A stretch of 63,446 nucleotides of DNA, filler included, from Globobulimina sp. (GCA_003354225.1; 23 parts of 23 records of this genome joined end to end with filler, not necessarily neighbours in it), one strand, 5' to 3'; positions 1 to 13,485 are shown, counted from the first letter of the whole stretch. Program-made: numbers and translations. The notes: generated by a model from the letters alone, not told the origin.

Positions 1-86
1 AGGTATATTTATATACTAGTATATGTTCAACAGAAGGAGTAAGGCCTACAATACTTAACAGTTTTAAAACAGCTTGCTTTAAAAAG

Positions 87-2665
87 TTACCGTAATATCA
101 TATTGAAGTTTGTAGAGATGACAATAATTATAAATCTACGAAATAAACTAAACGAAGCATACCACCAACAACCTTTCCTGTAATTCAATACCAACGAAGG
201 GAAGGAGCGACGTAGGAAACCCATTCCATATCGTTTTCTGGTTCGAAATAATATGAGCATTATAATAAATGGAAACAAGGCGCAGCCAAATAGTAATAAA
301 TAACAAATGACATGCAGGCCATCCCAACATTCAATCGAGCCCTGATAGAACATCACCGACGTCTCACCCAACGGGCGACAATCAATCAATTTCACCAAAG
401 TGGCGGCAACCTGCGAGTACACAATCAATATAATACTCCACATCGTATGCGATAAGGCATGGTGCCACTTATCATGCTTATCTTTATCGAGTGCATCGTG
501 GGTCACTGCTTCCTCATTATCTACGCCTGTGGCAGCATCCTTATTTTCCGCATCGAGGTCTTTTTTCAATTTATAAGACTTCCACACAGTGAGTAACACG
601 TAAACAATCATCAATTGTATGGCATAGCACGCACCAGGCAATAAATTGAGCGCCACCTTAGTTCTGCCGTCCATATTTGCCAATATACAGTTTGCCGAAT
701 TGCCGCTAAACATATCGACGGATAAACTGAAAACTTGCGCAATCGGAGCGATTATCTCCACCGTGGATTGGAAAGTTAAATATGGTAATAACTGGAAGAC
801 ATATAACGCGGATTTGGTGGTATAGACCAAAAAAGGAGGGTCAATGTCTTGTGGCGAGAGGCCTTTCTTCATAAAAAATGCCATTAACGCAAAACCAACA
901 ATATTTGGGAGCAATGCAATCCATAAACCAGCCGAATCGAAGCATTCTAAGCATTGTCCTGTTTTCGATGAGGTCTCAGAATAACCGGGCAAACATCTGC
1001 CGCATAGCGGGGACAGCCAATCACGGTTTGTACCGTTGCCACAGAGCAGCGCCGGGTCAATATCTCCAGTCATACCAAGTGGGTCAAATAAACAGCCTAA
1101 CATTACATTGTAAGATATTGGCGTCGAACAACAATATCCTTTTGGACATAATTGAGTTGCGATGTAACTTCCATCCTCATCTAATTGTCCATAATATCCA
1201 CTTTTGATATACGTCTGATTGGTTCCCGCACATTTCATACCAATGGGACAATCGCGACACGGCTCGGTGCTCATTGAATATTGTTCGTACACGCACGGTG
1301 TGCATGTGAATAGACCTTCGACATTAGGATCATTCTGTTGATAATAGCCGGGATCGCAAGGTACCACTTCTACGGTGGCGAATGGTTCTACCTCGACGGT
1401 ATTGGTTGGGTCAATGAGCGCGCCTTTGCCGGTCTCATACACGGTGCCGGCATCTACAAATAGTGGCAATACATAGGCGGAGTTATCAAATTTATTTGCT
1501 TTGGATGTAAATATAACGGGGGAGGTCGCATTTAGTTCGACATCAAACTTTTCTGTGCTCATATTATTGCCTAAATTGTCCCATCCATATATTTCTAATA
1601 TGACTGACGAGCCGGGATTTAAAAATAAATATGGCTGTAATTGCGAATATAGGGCTTTATTTTTAAAAATTTCCACAATATAACCAAATGCGGCATAGGG
1701 CACATTATCAATCATACGCTTTGTCTCGTTTGTAGACAGCAAATTCTTTGCTAATACATCGCAGGGACCATCTTCTATGCTGTCCTGTTGCATACATAAA
1801 TATGCTAAACTGGTTGTAATTGATTTACATATTTCAGGGTGTTCTGAGCACCACGCAGCGATTACATGTTGCGGCAATAAGCCATGCGTTAAACTTAAAG
1901 TGGCTTGTTTGCCATCAGTATCATTATTGGCTGTAAACGTATTGCTTTCCACCTTTAAACAATTGCCCTTTTCAGCTCCATCTCCATCCGTTTCACCAAC
2001 TATATTCAAATAAAATGCACCGCCTTCTCCTTCTTCGGCTCTATTTTTATAAAATAAAATATTATAAAATCCGATACAAGCTATTAATGGCACGTCATCA
2101 CCGCCGCTTTCATCCTTTTCTGCATTATAAATGCCTCCGCCATTCCCTTCTAATGCCGTATTATGAGTTATATTCACATTCGATAATATTAGCCCCGATG
2201 AGAATGAATTTATGAACAATGCACCGCCTGAATCAACTGCTGTATTATTATCAAATATACTCTCCATTATAAACGTATTTCCGCCGTCCACAAATATTGC
2301 ACCACCACCTGATAATGCATCATTATTGGAAAATATATTATTTTTAAGTCGAATCAACGATTTAAAAATATTGCCATCAAACGTTTCGACATTCCGCAAT
2401 TGCTTAATGCCTAATGCACCGCCAAGATATGCCTCATTATTGTCCCAATTCACATCATAAAAGTCTAAACCACCCATATATGGATATCCATCCAGTGCAT
2501 GGCCAAATTCGCGATAAAACGCACCCCCGCTACCATTGATCCCTCCAGTATTTGATATAAACGATACAGAATCCAGAATCATTCGAATATAATCATTATG
2601 TGATTCATCTGATTCTAATAATATAGCACCGCCATTTCCATATTCGATTTGATTATCTGCAAATG
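87..2665 (-). CDS. Large surface/receptor-like protein: Pmp-like GGA(I/L/F)..FxxN beta-helix repeats, Cys-rich region, multi-pass TM C-terminus (partial)
   Basis: Repeated GGAF/GGAL/GGAI + FxxN motifs, CxPC/CPxGYCC Cys-rich stalk and several hydrophobic helices. The 5' end is truncated by the contig end, and the 3' end probably runs into an intron (GTAAC at 90). Confidence 0.75.
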
Positions 2666-2765
2666 NNNNNNNNNNNNNNNNNNNNNNNNNNNNNNNNNNN
2701 NNNNNNNNNTTAATTAATTAANNNNNNNNNNNNNNNNNNNNNNNNNNNNNNNNNNNNNNNNNNNN
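2666..2765. other. Artificial contig linker (first of 22), N44-TTAATTAATTAA-N44 with stops in all six frames
   Basis: An identical linker recurs about every 2.76 kb, and contig lengths fall from 2665 to 2660 nt. ORFs ending in XXXX/LIN are truncation artefacts. Confidence 0.99.
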
Positions 2766-2897
2766 CTTGTCGCTGACCAGATCGCAGATTTGCAGAACCT
2801 TCATGGTGCCGGAATCGATGGGGATGGAGTGGCCGCCCAGGGCCGCCTGGACGACGTACCCGACCGAAAAGTTCGTGGTGATCCCCAACGGTATCCG
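2766..2897 (-). other. GC-rich foreign-looking segment, probably a bacterial chimeric fragment
   Basis: GC content is much higher than the flanks. The minus-strand frame GITTNFSVGYVVQAALGGHSIPIDSGTMKVLQICDLVSDK has GC3-rich codons, and the host GH65 sequence resumes at about 2897. Confidence 0.55.
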
Positions 2898-3672
2898 TCC
2901 GTCTGGGCTGATATTGTATCTTCAACGTATATTCCGTATGATAGCACAAATAAATATCATCCAGAAAGTGATAGTTATAAACAAGGCACCGAGGTAAAGC
3001 AAGCAGATACAATCATGCTTTATTTCCCATGGCAATTTAATCAAAATAGCAATGTCAATGCTACGCAAGAAATACAGACAAATGATTTGAATTATTATGC
3101 GTCAGTGACTGATGCAGGCGGTCCAGCAATGACATGGTTAAGACTCTGCATTACCATTCACATTATCTCTCATTTACAGCAATGTCATTGTTTTGTTTGT
3201 TTGTATTTAAAGGGCTATGTTTGTAATAAATTGGTTGGAACTCGGCCAAAGTAAGACAGCTCAGAGTTATTTCGATCGATCGTATGCAAACATCCAGGAA
3301 CCTTTTAATATTTGGACGGAGACCTCAAACGGAGGCGGTGCTGTCAATTTTGTTACGGGCGCTGGCGGATTTCTTCAGCAATTTTTATTTGGATTTCCAG
3401 GGATAAGAATAAATGATGATAATTTATCTTTGGATTTTAAATATTTGGCATGGGATCAAATGGGATTGATTGGTGTCGATTACATGGAGAATGTTTTGGA
3501 TATTATGTTAACGCAAAGTGATTTATCAATGGATGTTACAGTCCGGGAAAGAGATAATAATAAACAATTACAACTAATTGATAAAAGTGGTAACAAGCAA
3601 TCGTTGGCGGTTAAGCAAACTGTAAAAGTGACATCAAATATGTATCCAATCAAAATTCAATTATCACAGTAA
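2897..3672 (+). CDS. Glycoside hydrolase family 65 (PGGHG/acid trehalase-like), C-terminal part; intron 3137-3212
   Basis: Motifs YHPE..Y, VKQADTIML, GPAMTW|AM, FNIWTE and NFVTGAGGFLQ. Removing GT(3137)-AG(3212) joins the two ORFs in frame. Confidence 0.9.
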
Positions 3673-3674
3673 TT

Positions 3675-5407
3675 TTAGTTATTATATTTGTTATACATCA
3701 GTCTGCAGTCATCAGTGTCATCATAGTTAGTATACTGAATATGTAATTCATCATCACTTTCTTCAACTATCTCAAACAACATAGGTTTCCATTCTTTAAT
3801 CAATCTAGCAATCACTGGATAAATTATTTCACTCCACTTTCTTTCTGCGACAGTCAACTTTCTTTCTTCATCATCATCTTCCAAAAAATCATCAAATATG
3901 TCATCTTTGTTCACAACCATTTCTCTAAAATTTTTAGTGCATCTTAAATCAAAAAAAACATAAATATTTTTTGCCTTTGTATCTCGGAAAATGGATAACT
4001 TTTCATGCCATAAATCAAATGCTCTCAATGCATCGGACACTAACTCCTCTCCCATTGCATCACTATTTAAATCTAAATCCTTTTTCAGCAAAGCAAATAC
4101 ATCACGCATCAAACATGCATAAGTTACCCTTATTTCAACCACATCAAATGTAGAATATATTCCTTTCAGTTTTGAAATCCAATCCAACTCAGCTTCTTCA
4201 CCCACAACTTCTTGAGTAATATTTATTAAACATTCAGAAATATCCGCATAACGAACTAACTTCATTGAAGCGGATATTGCCTCAATATTCACATCAATAT
4301 CTTCAATTTTATCGTATTTAAATCGAAAATGATTAAAATTAAATTTTAAATCTGGATTAGACATTAACGCCAACAAATTATGCAAGAATGTTGCAACATA
4401 TCCATTCATTCCTTGCCAATCTTCAATGTCAAAATAAAATTCATTAATATTTTGCAGAGCCAACAATGCCATTTTAGAATTTTTACAAAATACCATCTCA
4501 CAGTCGACCGTAGCATACGCATAATCCGTGACACACAAAACTTTCTTACAAGCTGCATTGCATAAATCCAATGAAAAAAAGTCGGTATTTTAAATATAGT
4601 AAAGTTGGTTTGCAACTCATGTAAGTTTGCAAATTGATTTGTATTTGGATCATTTAATGTTTTTTGCAAATTATGATCATTTATTATTGATTCAACATTT
4701 ACGCTGTCCTGAAATAGAAATAAATATAAATTCTCTAAATTAATACATTTAATAATTGCGCGGATACATTCATTGTCAAAAATAACTGATCTTAACTCTA
4801 ATATTTTTATAGTACTGCCAGTAATATAATTATTGAGTACCTTTTCATATATATCCACTTTCAGTGATTTTGTCCGTGAATACCAAGGATGATAATAATG
4901 TTTTAGCTTTGATTTGTAGTCTAATTCTAAATAATGCAATGAATTGGGGTCTCTTGCTGCGATATTTAAACATCGACACACTTTTTGTACTTGAAATAGT
5001 TCTTTTTCTTTCAGAAAATTGAAAGCCACAATTTTTAAATCTTTTGGGATGCTTAGAAACGTCAATGGTTCTTTTTCATCATTTTCTTTTTTATCTTCGT
5101 CGTTTGGGTCAATGTCACTTTTTGAAATGCTGTCATCTAAATTTATTAATTGTTTTTCGATGGGTGAGGATGATAAAATATTTTGAAATATAGGCGAGGA
5201 AATATCACCACGATATAAACAAAATGATGTTATCAACATTTTTTTCAATAAATCTAATGAATTGCCGTTGGAAAATATTTGAACAGATTTGCTCAGCCAT
5301 TCACTTAATTGAAACTCATCGCATGCTTCAAGTTTCCTGCTGATACCAATCAATGGCACAATGGTTTCATGTCGTAGTTGACCATGACTTGCTTCTTGCA
5401 AACTCAT
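3675..5407 (-). CDS. F-box-like/LRR-like protein split by an apparent frameshift (ORFs 4406-5407 and 3675-4571)
   Basis: F-box-like LTFLSIPKDLKIVAFNFLKEKELFQVQKVCRCL followed by LRR-like segments. The two ORFs overlap in different frames around a 7-nt homopolymer at 4574-4580. Confidence 0.55.
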
Positions 5408-5530
5408 TATTGTTTAAAACGCAAGGATGANNNNNNNNNNNNNNNNNNNNNNNNNNNNNNNNNNNNNNNNNNNNTTAATTAATTAANNNNNNNNNNNNNN
5501 NNNNNNNNNNNNNNNNNNNNNNNNNNNNNN

Positions 5531-5956
5531 TTATAAGGGAACAGCAAACAAATATATTTGTTACCAGCACCCATTCAAAAGTACCGTGGGAATTTAGGTG
5601 TTTTACAAATGGAAAATAAGAATGCCGTCAAAACACTAAAAACGTTTCTTCGCGAAAAACAGAGAGAAAATCATCTATTTATTCCAGAGCATATATTGCG
5701 AGATCCAATGCAATTAATTCGATATGATTCGAATGGAAATATAATTCGATTGATATATGATGATATTAAAGTTGATACGGATACAGACAGTGATGTAGAT
5801 ATGGCAGAGAATGATAAAAATGGTGGATCGCAAAATGAAAATAAAACAAAAACATCCATACAGCTGTTAATAGATCAAGCCAATAAAATGTGTGAAAATG
5901 ACCCTTGGATTACTGGTAAATGTGGCAAATATTGGATGAGAAATCCAAAACACTGA
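5531..5956 (+). CDS. Hypothetical protein, 3' fragment
   Basis: ORF at the contig start; no recognisable motif. Confidence 0.4.
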
Positions 5957-6055
5957 TTATATGATTTATTGTGCATTATTTTGTAGCTTGGTGCTTGCGC
6001 TCATATTTAAATTAATAAATTTACAGTACATCTTAAAAATTTCCACTTAGACAAC

Positions 6056-7862
6056 ATGTGTCTGTTTGCATCGATCGGAGATGCATTCACATTACACGAT
6101 GAAACATTCCATTGTTTTTCCCATATTGTATTGATATTAAATTGCATACTATTAATAATATTCCTCTGTGAATTAAAGTTCTTACGAAAAGTGTCATGGT
6201 GTGACTTACCTCACGCATATCTAATGGTGTTATTTGCAATTGTATCATCTGTTATATCCTCATTGTTTTTTGTATTGACATCATCCAGATTTGGTGCAAT
6301 TTTTTGTTCATTTGGTCCAATCATCGCAATCTCATTTCGTACATTGGCAAAAACATTTACCTGGGCATTATATATAGTTCGTGGCCAAATGGTAATGGAG
6401 TCATTGGACAGTATTTTAATCCGAAAATTAGCAAAAGAGGCGCCATTTATACTCGTCTTTCAATATATATTAATAACATTATTAATTACAATCTTCACAG
6501 AAACGAAATACATCTCAACTGAGGATGAATGTGATGTGTTTTATCCGTTATGGTTATTAATATGCAGTGCCTTAATCGGTGAAATATTTTATGGATTAGG
6601 TTTTTTATACATATTTTATAAGGCAATGATTATTACAATGTCGCATGTTTATAAATCTTTAAGTAAATCAGTTGCAGAAAAAACAAAGGAACAGATTCAT
6701 CATCATATAAAAGTATACGTTTTTCAATTAATTTCTTCATCAATCTTTCTATTTTTTGTATCTTTATGCATCTGTTTCCAAACATTAATTTTCTTTGAAT
6801 TCGAGTTGTTTATCTCCAATTTATGTTTGTTATTATTATTCCGCCACAGATATAAATTATTTAAAAAAGTTGTATCTTCTGCCAAGAAGTGTTGCTGTTG
6901 CACAAAGTTAAAAATATATTTATACGAAAACGATTTTCAATAAAAAATATACACAAATACGCATATCTTTCGTTTTTCCGCTTTGTACATAGCAAACCAG
7001 AAATTTGTGACGATTTAAAACCAGATCGAACGGACTTTGGTCGGCATCGTATTTTATCAGAAATTAATGGCAAATCAACGATAACTTCACCTAAATTATT
7101 AGCAAATAAATGGAGATCGTCGAAAGAAGTCATTAATATGAAACATGCATTAAATGCGCATACAATGCCTAAATCCGCTCGAAATAATATAAAAGTGCTA
7201 CAATTAATGGGTGTTAATGACACACCTAAAATTTCACCAAAATTCCATACATTTTCCTCAGAATCAATAACAACAATCCAGGAGCGAATAAACACAGATT
7301 CAGAACCATTGAAGAATATTAATACAAATATTAACTCGCATTTTCATATGCAATCAATGTCAGATCCATTCAGATCATGTATGGTTGCATCCGAATTACA
7401 ATCCATTCCAAGTAATAACGCGATTTATATGGAAGAGGATGAAAATAAGAATTGTGGCCAACACCCACTGCAACAATTAGCACACTCACAAAGTCAACAA
7501 TTGTTACAAACAGAAAATAAATTAAAAAAAAGAACAAACGAGAAATCGACAGTAATTGGGAGGAGGTTTAGTTCGCTTCTTGATAGATTTAAAAAATATG
7601 AAGCAAATACATGTACAAATGGTGATGATGAGAAGAAAGTGGATATTTTGAGCTTGAGTGTTAAGTATATTATGTATTTATTATTGAATTGTTTTTTTGT
7701 AATGTTAATATTTAGGATCCATTGACTTCCATTCATCAAAATGATAAAAAGAAATTAAAAAAAAAACAGAGTGGACAACATGCGGCATCATTATCAGTAT
7801 CACATATAAAAGTTATAAACAATGCAAATGAAGTTGATTTTATTGATTCTTTCCAATTGTGA
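6056..7862 (+). CDS. 7TM/GPCR-like membrane protein with long cytoplasmic tail; introns 6907-6992 and 7639-7715
   Basis: About 7 hydrophobic helices with a Cys before TM3 and in the second extracellular loop. GT-AG splicing joins the ORFs in frame to TGA at 7860-7862. Confidence 0.7.
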
Positions 7863-8101
7863 CCAAACATACATTATTATTATTATTTATTTATGTGTTC
7901 ATTATAGGTTTCTGTTATTTATTTATGTGTGTCAATCAACAGAGTGTTTTTGTTTTATAATCATTATTTTTCGTTATATATCGTTTGTGTTTGATATATT
8001 AAAGTAACTACGCATTCAAAAACAACTGTTTCTAAGATATTATACGATTAAAAATTATGAATAAAGATTAGTCACAAAGTCATATAACAACATTTACAAA
8101 T

Positions 8102-8194
8102 CTATTCAACATAGAATCCAAAGGCAGCCGTATATCCCTCCCCAGGATATAACACAGTCAAAGCATCTCCATTATTATATGCATTTGTAGCCGC
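8102..8194 (-). CDS. C-terminal fragment of an aldose 1-epimerase-family protein
   Basis: Hand translation gives AATNAYNNGDALTVLYPGEGYTAAFGFYVE*, resembling the family C-terminus (..TNAYN.GDGL.VL.PGE). Confidence 0.5.
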   Translation of the reverse strand, partial: AATNAYNNGDALTVLYPGEGYTAAFGFYVE

Positions 8195-8666
8195 ANNNNN
8201 NNNNNNNNNNNNNNNNNNNNNNNNNNNNNNNNNNNNNNNTTAATTAATTAANNNNNNNNNNNNNNNNNNNNNNNNNNNNNNNNNNNNNNNNNNNNCAACA
8301 TTGTAACAAATAAATCAAAACAAATTCCGAAAGTAATGGCATAATTTCCATTGATTCCGTGCACACTACGTTCAAATACCGGAACCGACATGCTAATGAC
8401 CCATAAATATACACATGCATGGGAGACAGTTCAATTTTATTATTTGATTTGCTTAAAATCCAGAAGAAATTGTGATTTAGCAAATGAATGAATATGGTTT
8501 GAGCAGCTGGACGATGCACGAAAACAATGAACATGTATTAGGAACCAAATGTTTATCATAATCATGCCTTTTATCATAATCTATCTATTTCTGTATTAGT
8601 ATTGCTATCTATATATTTTCCTTTCCATATTTAGAATCTTCTGTTAACAGAAGCGGAAAATACAGA

Positions 8667-9327
8667 ATGTCAAACCAACAACAAAAAAAAGATACTTATG
8701 TAGCAATTGATGATGGCCCTGAAGAAAAGCAAAAACAGGAGAACAAAAGTGGAACATTAACCTTCAAACGCTTGCTCCAGTATTCAAAGCAAGAAATGAA
8801 ATTTATCGTGGTTGGTTTTCTTGCAGCTATTGCAAAGTCATTATTGAGCTTAGCGATGCCTATTTTGATTGGCGCAATCATTGATTCATTAACAACAGCA
8901 AAACTTTCACAATCATTTCGTATCCAACCAGGTCCCATTACATGGATATGTAATTTCGCCGATACATGTCAGACATCGAAACAGTTAATGGAAACCAGTG
9001 TGTTCACAATGTGTATGGCAGGTGTATTAATGGGATTATTCAGTGGTTTATCATGGACAGCATTGGACATCGCAGGGGAAAGAGTAGTTGTGAGATTGAG
9101 AAATGATTTATTCGAAGCAATTTTAAGGTTTGAGATTGCATTCTTTGATTCGAATAAAACAGGTGAATTAGTCAATCGTTTATCCTCTGATGCCACACAA
9201 GTAAAAGATGCAGCAACATCACAAGTGGTTAGTGCTCTATCAGCAATCATGACAACATGTATAAGTGTAGCGTATTTATTGCTTATTTGTTGGGATTTGG
9301 CACTTGGTATGTTTGGTACCCATTTAC

Positions 9328-9362
<35 letters not shown>

Positions 9363-10729
9363 AACTACATTAATATTTAGTGTTGCTTGCAAGTGTACCA
9401 ATTTCGGTGTTGTGCGGTAGATTTTATGGTGGTTGGCTTCGCAAATTAGCAAAAAGAACTCAAGATGTTTTAGCAAAAGCAATAGAGATTGCAAATGAGT
9501 CGGTCTCAAATGTACGAACAGTGAAATCGTTTAGTAAAGAATCAGATCAAGTGTGGTTATTTAGTGTTGCAATTAACTCAACATATATAATGGGTAAACG
9601 CAGGGCTTTGGCAGTGGGCGTGTTTAATTTTTTTATCACCTGTACAATGTATTGCAATATTGCGTTAGTGATGTGGTATGGTGCGAAGAAAGTATTCCAT
9701 GGTCAGTTAACTTCTGGTGAATTAACAACATTTTTATTTGTTACAATAACCATTGTTGGGCAATTATTAATCTTGGTGAGTGCGTTTAATAACCTGATGA
9801 AAGCTCTTGGTGCCGGTGACAGAATATTCAATTTATTGGACAGAAAAAGCAAAATATCTCCAAATGGTGGTGTCAAACAGATGTCATTTATGAATAGTAT
9901 AACAGATCATTCTACAAGTGCGTTATTGGATCATAATTCCGATGAATTGGACGGGAATATTGAAGTGAAAAATGTATCGTTTCGTTATCCGACAAGGATG
10001 GATAAAATTGTATTGAATGATTTATCATTTAATATTAGAGCAGGTTCAGTGACTGCATTAGTTGGAGAATCAGGACATGGCAAATCATCGATAGTTTCAT
10101 TGTTACTGCGGTTTTATGATGTAACATCAGGTGAGATAAGGATTGATGGCGTTGATATTAAACAATATGATTTACGGTTATTGCATGCTCAAATTGGGTA
10201 CGTAAGTCAGAGTCCTGTATTATTTGCAAGATCAATACGTGATAATATAGCATTTGGAAAATGTATTGACAAAGCAAGAAGCAATGAAAATCTTATGGAA
10301 TTTGAAAATATATCAGAAAGTGATATCGTACGTGCAGCTAAAATGGCAAATTGTCATGATTTTATTATGAATTTTCCAGAACAATATGATACATTATGTG
10401 GTGAACGTGGAGTGAGATTGAGTGGAGGGCAAAACCAGCGTATCGCTATCGCTAGAGCGATATTGCAGAATCCATCAATTCTCATTCTCGATGAAGCGAC
10501 GAGCGCTTTAGATACAAAAGCAGAAGAATTGGTGCAAAATGCATTGAACAAAGTGATGAAAGGTAGAACAGTGTTGGTAATTGCACACAGATTATCGACA
10601 GTAAAAGAAGCCCAGGAAATATTGGTTATCGAAAATGGTCAAATTGTGGAGCGAGGAAAACATAATCAACTTCTACAAAATGAAAATGGTATTTACACAC
10701 AATTAGTAGCCAGACAGTTGAACTCATAA
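8667..10729 (+). CDS. ABCB half-transporter (TAP/ABCB9/ABCB10-like); intron about 9307-9380 containing a (TA)n microsatellite
   Basis: TMD motif FFDSNKTGELVNRLSSD, Walker A GESGHGKS, signature LSGGQ, Walker B ILILDEATSALD, and IAHRLST. Confidence 0.95.
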
Positions 10730-11318
10730 ATATTCACTTGATAATTTAAATCTTACAGTAATTTATATATTCTATTATTTAAAGCTGCTATATAAGTGCG
10801 GCTGTGATTTATATATTCTATTATTGCATAAGGATTCTGTTTGCTATCGCGTACAGTGCCATTGCCATTGCTCTCTGTTATCTCACACAATTTTTGCACG
10901 ATATCAAATGTCGGTGTTTCAAAAGTAATGCCTGATAGAAATTTCTTGAGCCCATCGCCNNNNNNNNNNNNNNNNNNNNNNNNNNNNNNNNNNNNNNNNN
11001 NNNTTAATTAATTAANNNNNNNNNNNNNNNNNNNNNNNNNNNNNNNNNNNNNNNNNNNNACATTGTTTGCAGGTATGTTGATTGCTTCTAGTAGGAATCC
11101 ATATTTTGCAGCTCCTTCTTCATACTCGGTATACAACAAAAAATCACGATTGGTGTATTTGGTTTATGGACAGTGCCATATGACAAGAATTTTCGGAGCC
11201 ATGCAATAAATCTAAAACAAGGCTCCGAAAATATTCGCACAAATACTGTCTCAAATATTCGCAAGTCTGCAAATATTCAGAGACTAGAAGCGGTCCCTAG
11301 TAATGAAAGAATTTCATT

Positions 11319-11548
11319 TATCGCAGAGGTTTTAGGTTTCATGTTTTTTATGTTTTGAGGTTTGTAGGTTTGACCAATATTTCCAGTCAAATCAGCAGCA
11401 ATGAAAGAAACATAATCGGATTTTATCGGACCTACAAACATTGAAACCTTGAATCATTGATTCCATTCTTCTGCCAGAATGAACTTGTTTTGCTGGAACA
11501 TTTAAACCTCGAAACATAAAAAACCTGAAACCTAAAACATCTGCGATA
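11319..11548. mobile_element. MITE-like element with 45-bp terminal inverted repeats and TA at both ends (Tc1/mariner-type)
   Basis: 11319-11363 matches the reverse complement of 11504-11548 at 42/45 positions. Both ends carry TA and the interior is non-coding. Confidence 0.75.
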
Positions 11549-11972
11549 CGAGACATATTAAAATTGACTTTTTGCTTCCTGTGAAATGGTTGGTGGTTAG
11601 AACGATTTTACAGTTTTGCAGTTTTCCAGTGTTCGCAGACAGAGCTGGTATATTTTTTAACCACCGCGCATATATACCGCACCAAGGTGAATGGCGTATC
11701 GCTTGCACAAATTAAGACACACAATAACATACAAATTCTTCTCTTGGCACTCAATCATTTATAAATTATTTTTACTGCGGTGAAGTGGTAAAGCCTAAAA
11801 ACATTGTTAAAGATGGTCAGTTTTGAAATCATTATCTTGCACAGTTTATTACACTGAACCTATTATTGTCGAATATTTATTCAATGCATGCAAACCTACC
11901 ATTCTCGAACATGCATGAATTATGACGATAAATCTGGAAATTCTTCTAAAAATAGCTACATTCTAAAATGAA

Positions 11973-13121
11973 ATGGCATTAACACTAAAGTCGCTTCAAG
12001 CATTGGTTTTTATTATCAGTATATCACAAACTGCAGCTTCAAGCATTGATAAATTTTGTGGAAATGGTAATGAAATCAAAGAAATTGTATTCAGCTTTGA
12101 TAAATATGAAGGAACTGTAAATGATGAGATGTTATGGAATGATACGACAATGCCACCAAATAAAGACACAATACTTTGGTTGACCTATTTAGAAACAGAT
12201 AAAAAACTCGCAACAATCGGTCAATTAATCAACAAAACAAATCTCATAAAATTTGACGAAATTAAGACATCGATTGGTTATGTTTGCAAGTCCGATGGAT
12301 CAATGGCAATATCCATTGGCGATCCGAATAACCACGATGTTATAATCGGATTTCAAGAGTTATGGCCGTTGGAATCGAATAGAAAACATACATTAAGATA
12401 TAATACCAAAAATAATGGCAAATTAACGCTATCCGTCTATTTATACAGTAAATGTCAAGCAAAATGTCAACGAGAGATTGGAATAAGTTTCAATGGAAAG
12501 GATGTTCATGGAATAAGATACAGAGAGATGGATATTGTAAGTTTTAATGGTGGAGGTACTGATCAATTTGCTCTCGGAAAGTCATGTGAGTTGAATGCAG
12601 ATATTAGAATTTATAAAACCGAGTCTTTCTGGGATTTTGAGGTTGTATCAGTTGATGAATTAACATGGAAAGAAGGCGAATATGCGATTTATGCGCATGG
12701 TAATGTTGTATTGGGATTAGGTGATCGGAGCAATATTTGTGGATTGCTGGGAGAGGATAATGCGTCATTCATAATTATACTGTCAATCATTAGTCTTGTT
12801 TTAATAGCATTGCTTTTGTTATATTTGCAAATTAGAGGAAAGATATATGACTTTGATGAATGGGTGAAAATTCAGGCACAATTAAATGAAATTGAAAGAG
12901 AAAAATATGGTGGCAATATAAGATTGACTGATATTGGGAATGTGGTGATAATTAGAAAGGAATTTGATGGGAATGATATTGAATATATTTCAGTTCATAT
13001 TGGCCAAACAGTCACTATTTTAGAACGGATTGATGATAAATATGTTAAGGTAAAATTGAATGGAGTTAAAATTAATCATAAAAGTGTTGTTGGTCTGATA
13101 CCACAGAGGTGTTTCAATTGA
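11973..13121 (+). CDS. Type I membrane protein: signal peptide, ectodomain, single TM, cytoplasmic SH3-like domain
   Basis: N-terminal signal peptide, TM FIIILSIISLVLIALLLLYL, and an SH3-like C-terminus (EFDG..EYISVHIGQTVTILE..YVKV..GLIPQRCF). Confidence 0.7.
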   Translation: MALTLKSLQALVFIISISQTAASSIDKFCGNGNEIKEIVFSFDKYEGTVNDEMLWNDTTMPPNKDTILWLTYLETDKKLATIGQLINKTNLIKFDEIKTSIGYVCKSDGSMAISIGDPNNHDVIIGFQELWPLESNRKHTLRYNTKNNGKLTLSVYLYSKCQAKCQREIGISFNGKDVHGIRYREMDIVSFNGGGTDQFALGKSCELNADIRIYKTESFWDFEVVSVDELTWKEGEYAIYAHGNVVLGLGDRSNICGLLGEDNASFIIILSIISLVLIALLLLYLQIRGKIYDFDEWVKIQAQLNEIEREKYGGNIRLTDIGNVVIIRKEFDGNDIEYISVHIGQTVTILERIDDKYVKVKLNGVKINHKSVVGLIPQRCFN

Positions 13122-13485
13122 CTTTGTTGTAATAATTTTTTTTTCATTAAATGGTCTTATCTAGTTCTAAATTTGTATCTAATCTAGTTTTAAAACGTAT
13201 TCACCAATTCCAGAGTACAGACCCTGTCGTTTTGGTCAGTTCTGAATTCAATCAAAAGATGCATAACACATACATTACAACTGTACAACAATGAGATGCA
13301 AATTTATTAATATAATATATTAACGTTAACTGAATGGCATCGTTATAAAAAGAATATGTACAAATTAAACGACAAATAAAAATATTTCTACAAAGGTACA
13401 CACTCATAATTGTGTATAAACAAATTTTTATACAGTACCATTGTATTTTTATCCAACATCAATTGAATGAATTGTTAATATCAAA

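Noticed and set aside
2710-2721. Periodic TTAATTAATTAA palindrome as a biological repeat
   Set aside because: It is always embedded in N runs and is a synthetic six-frame stop linker.
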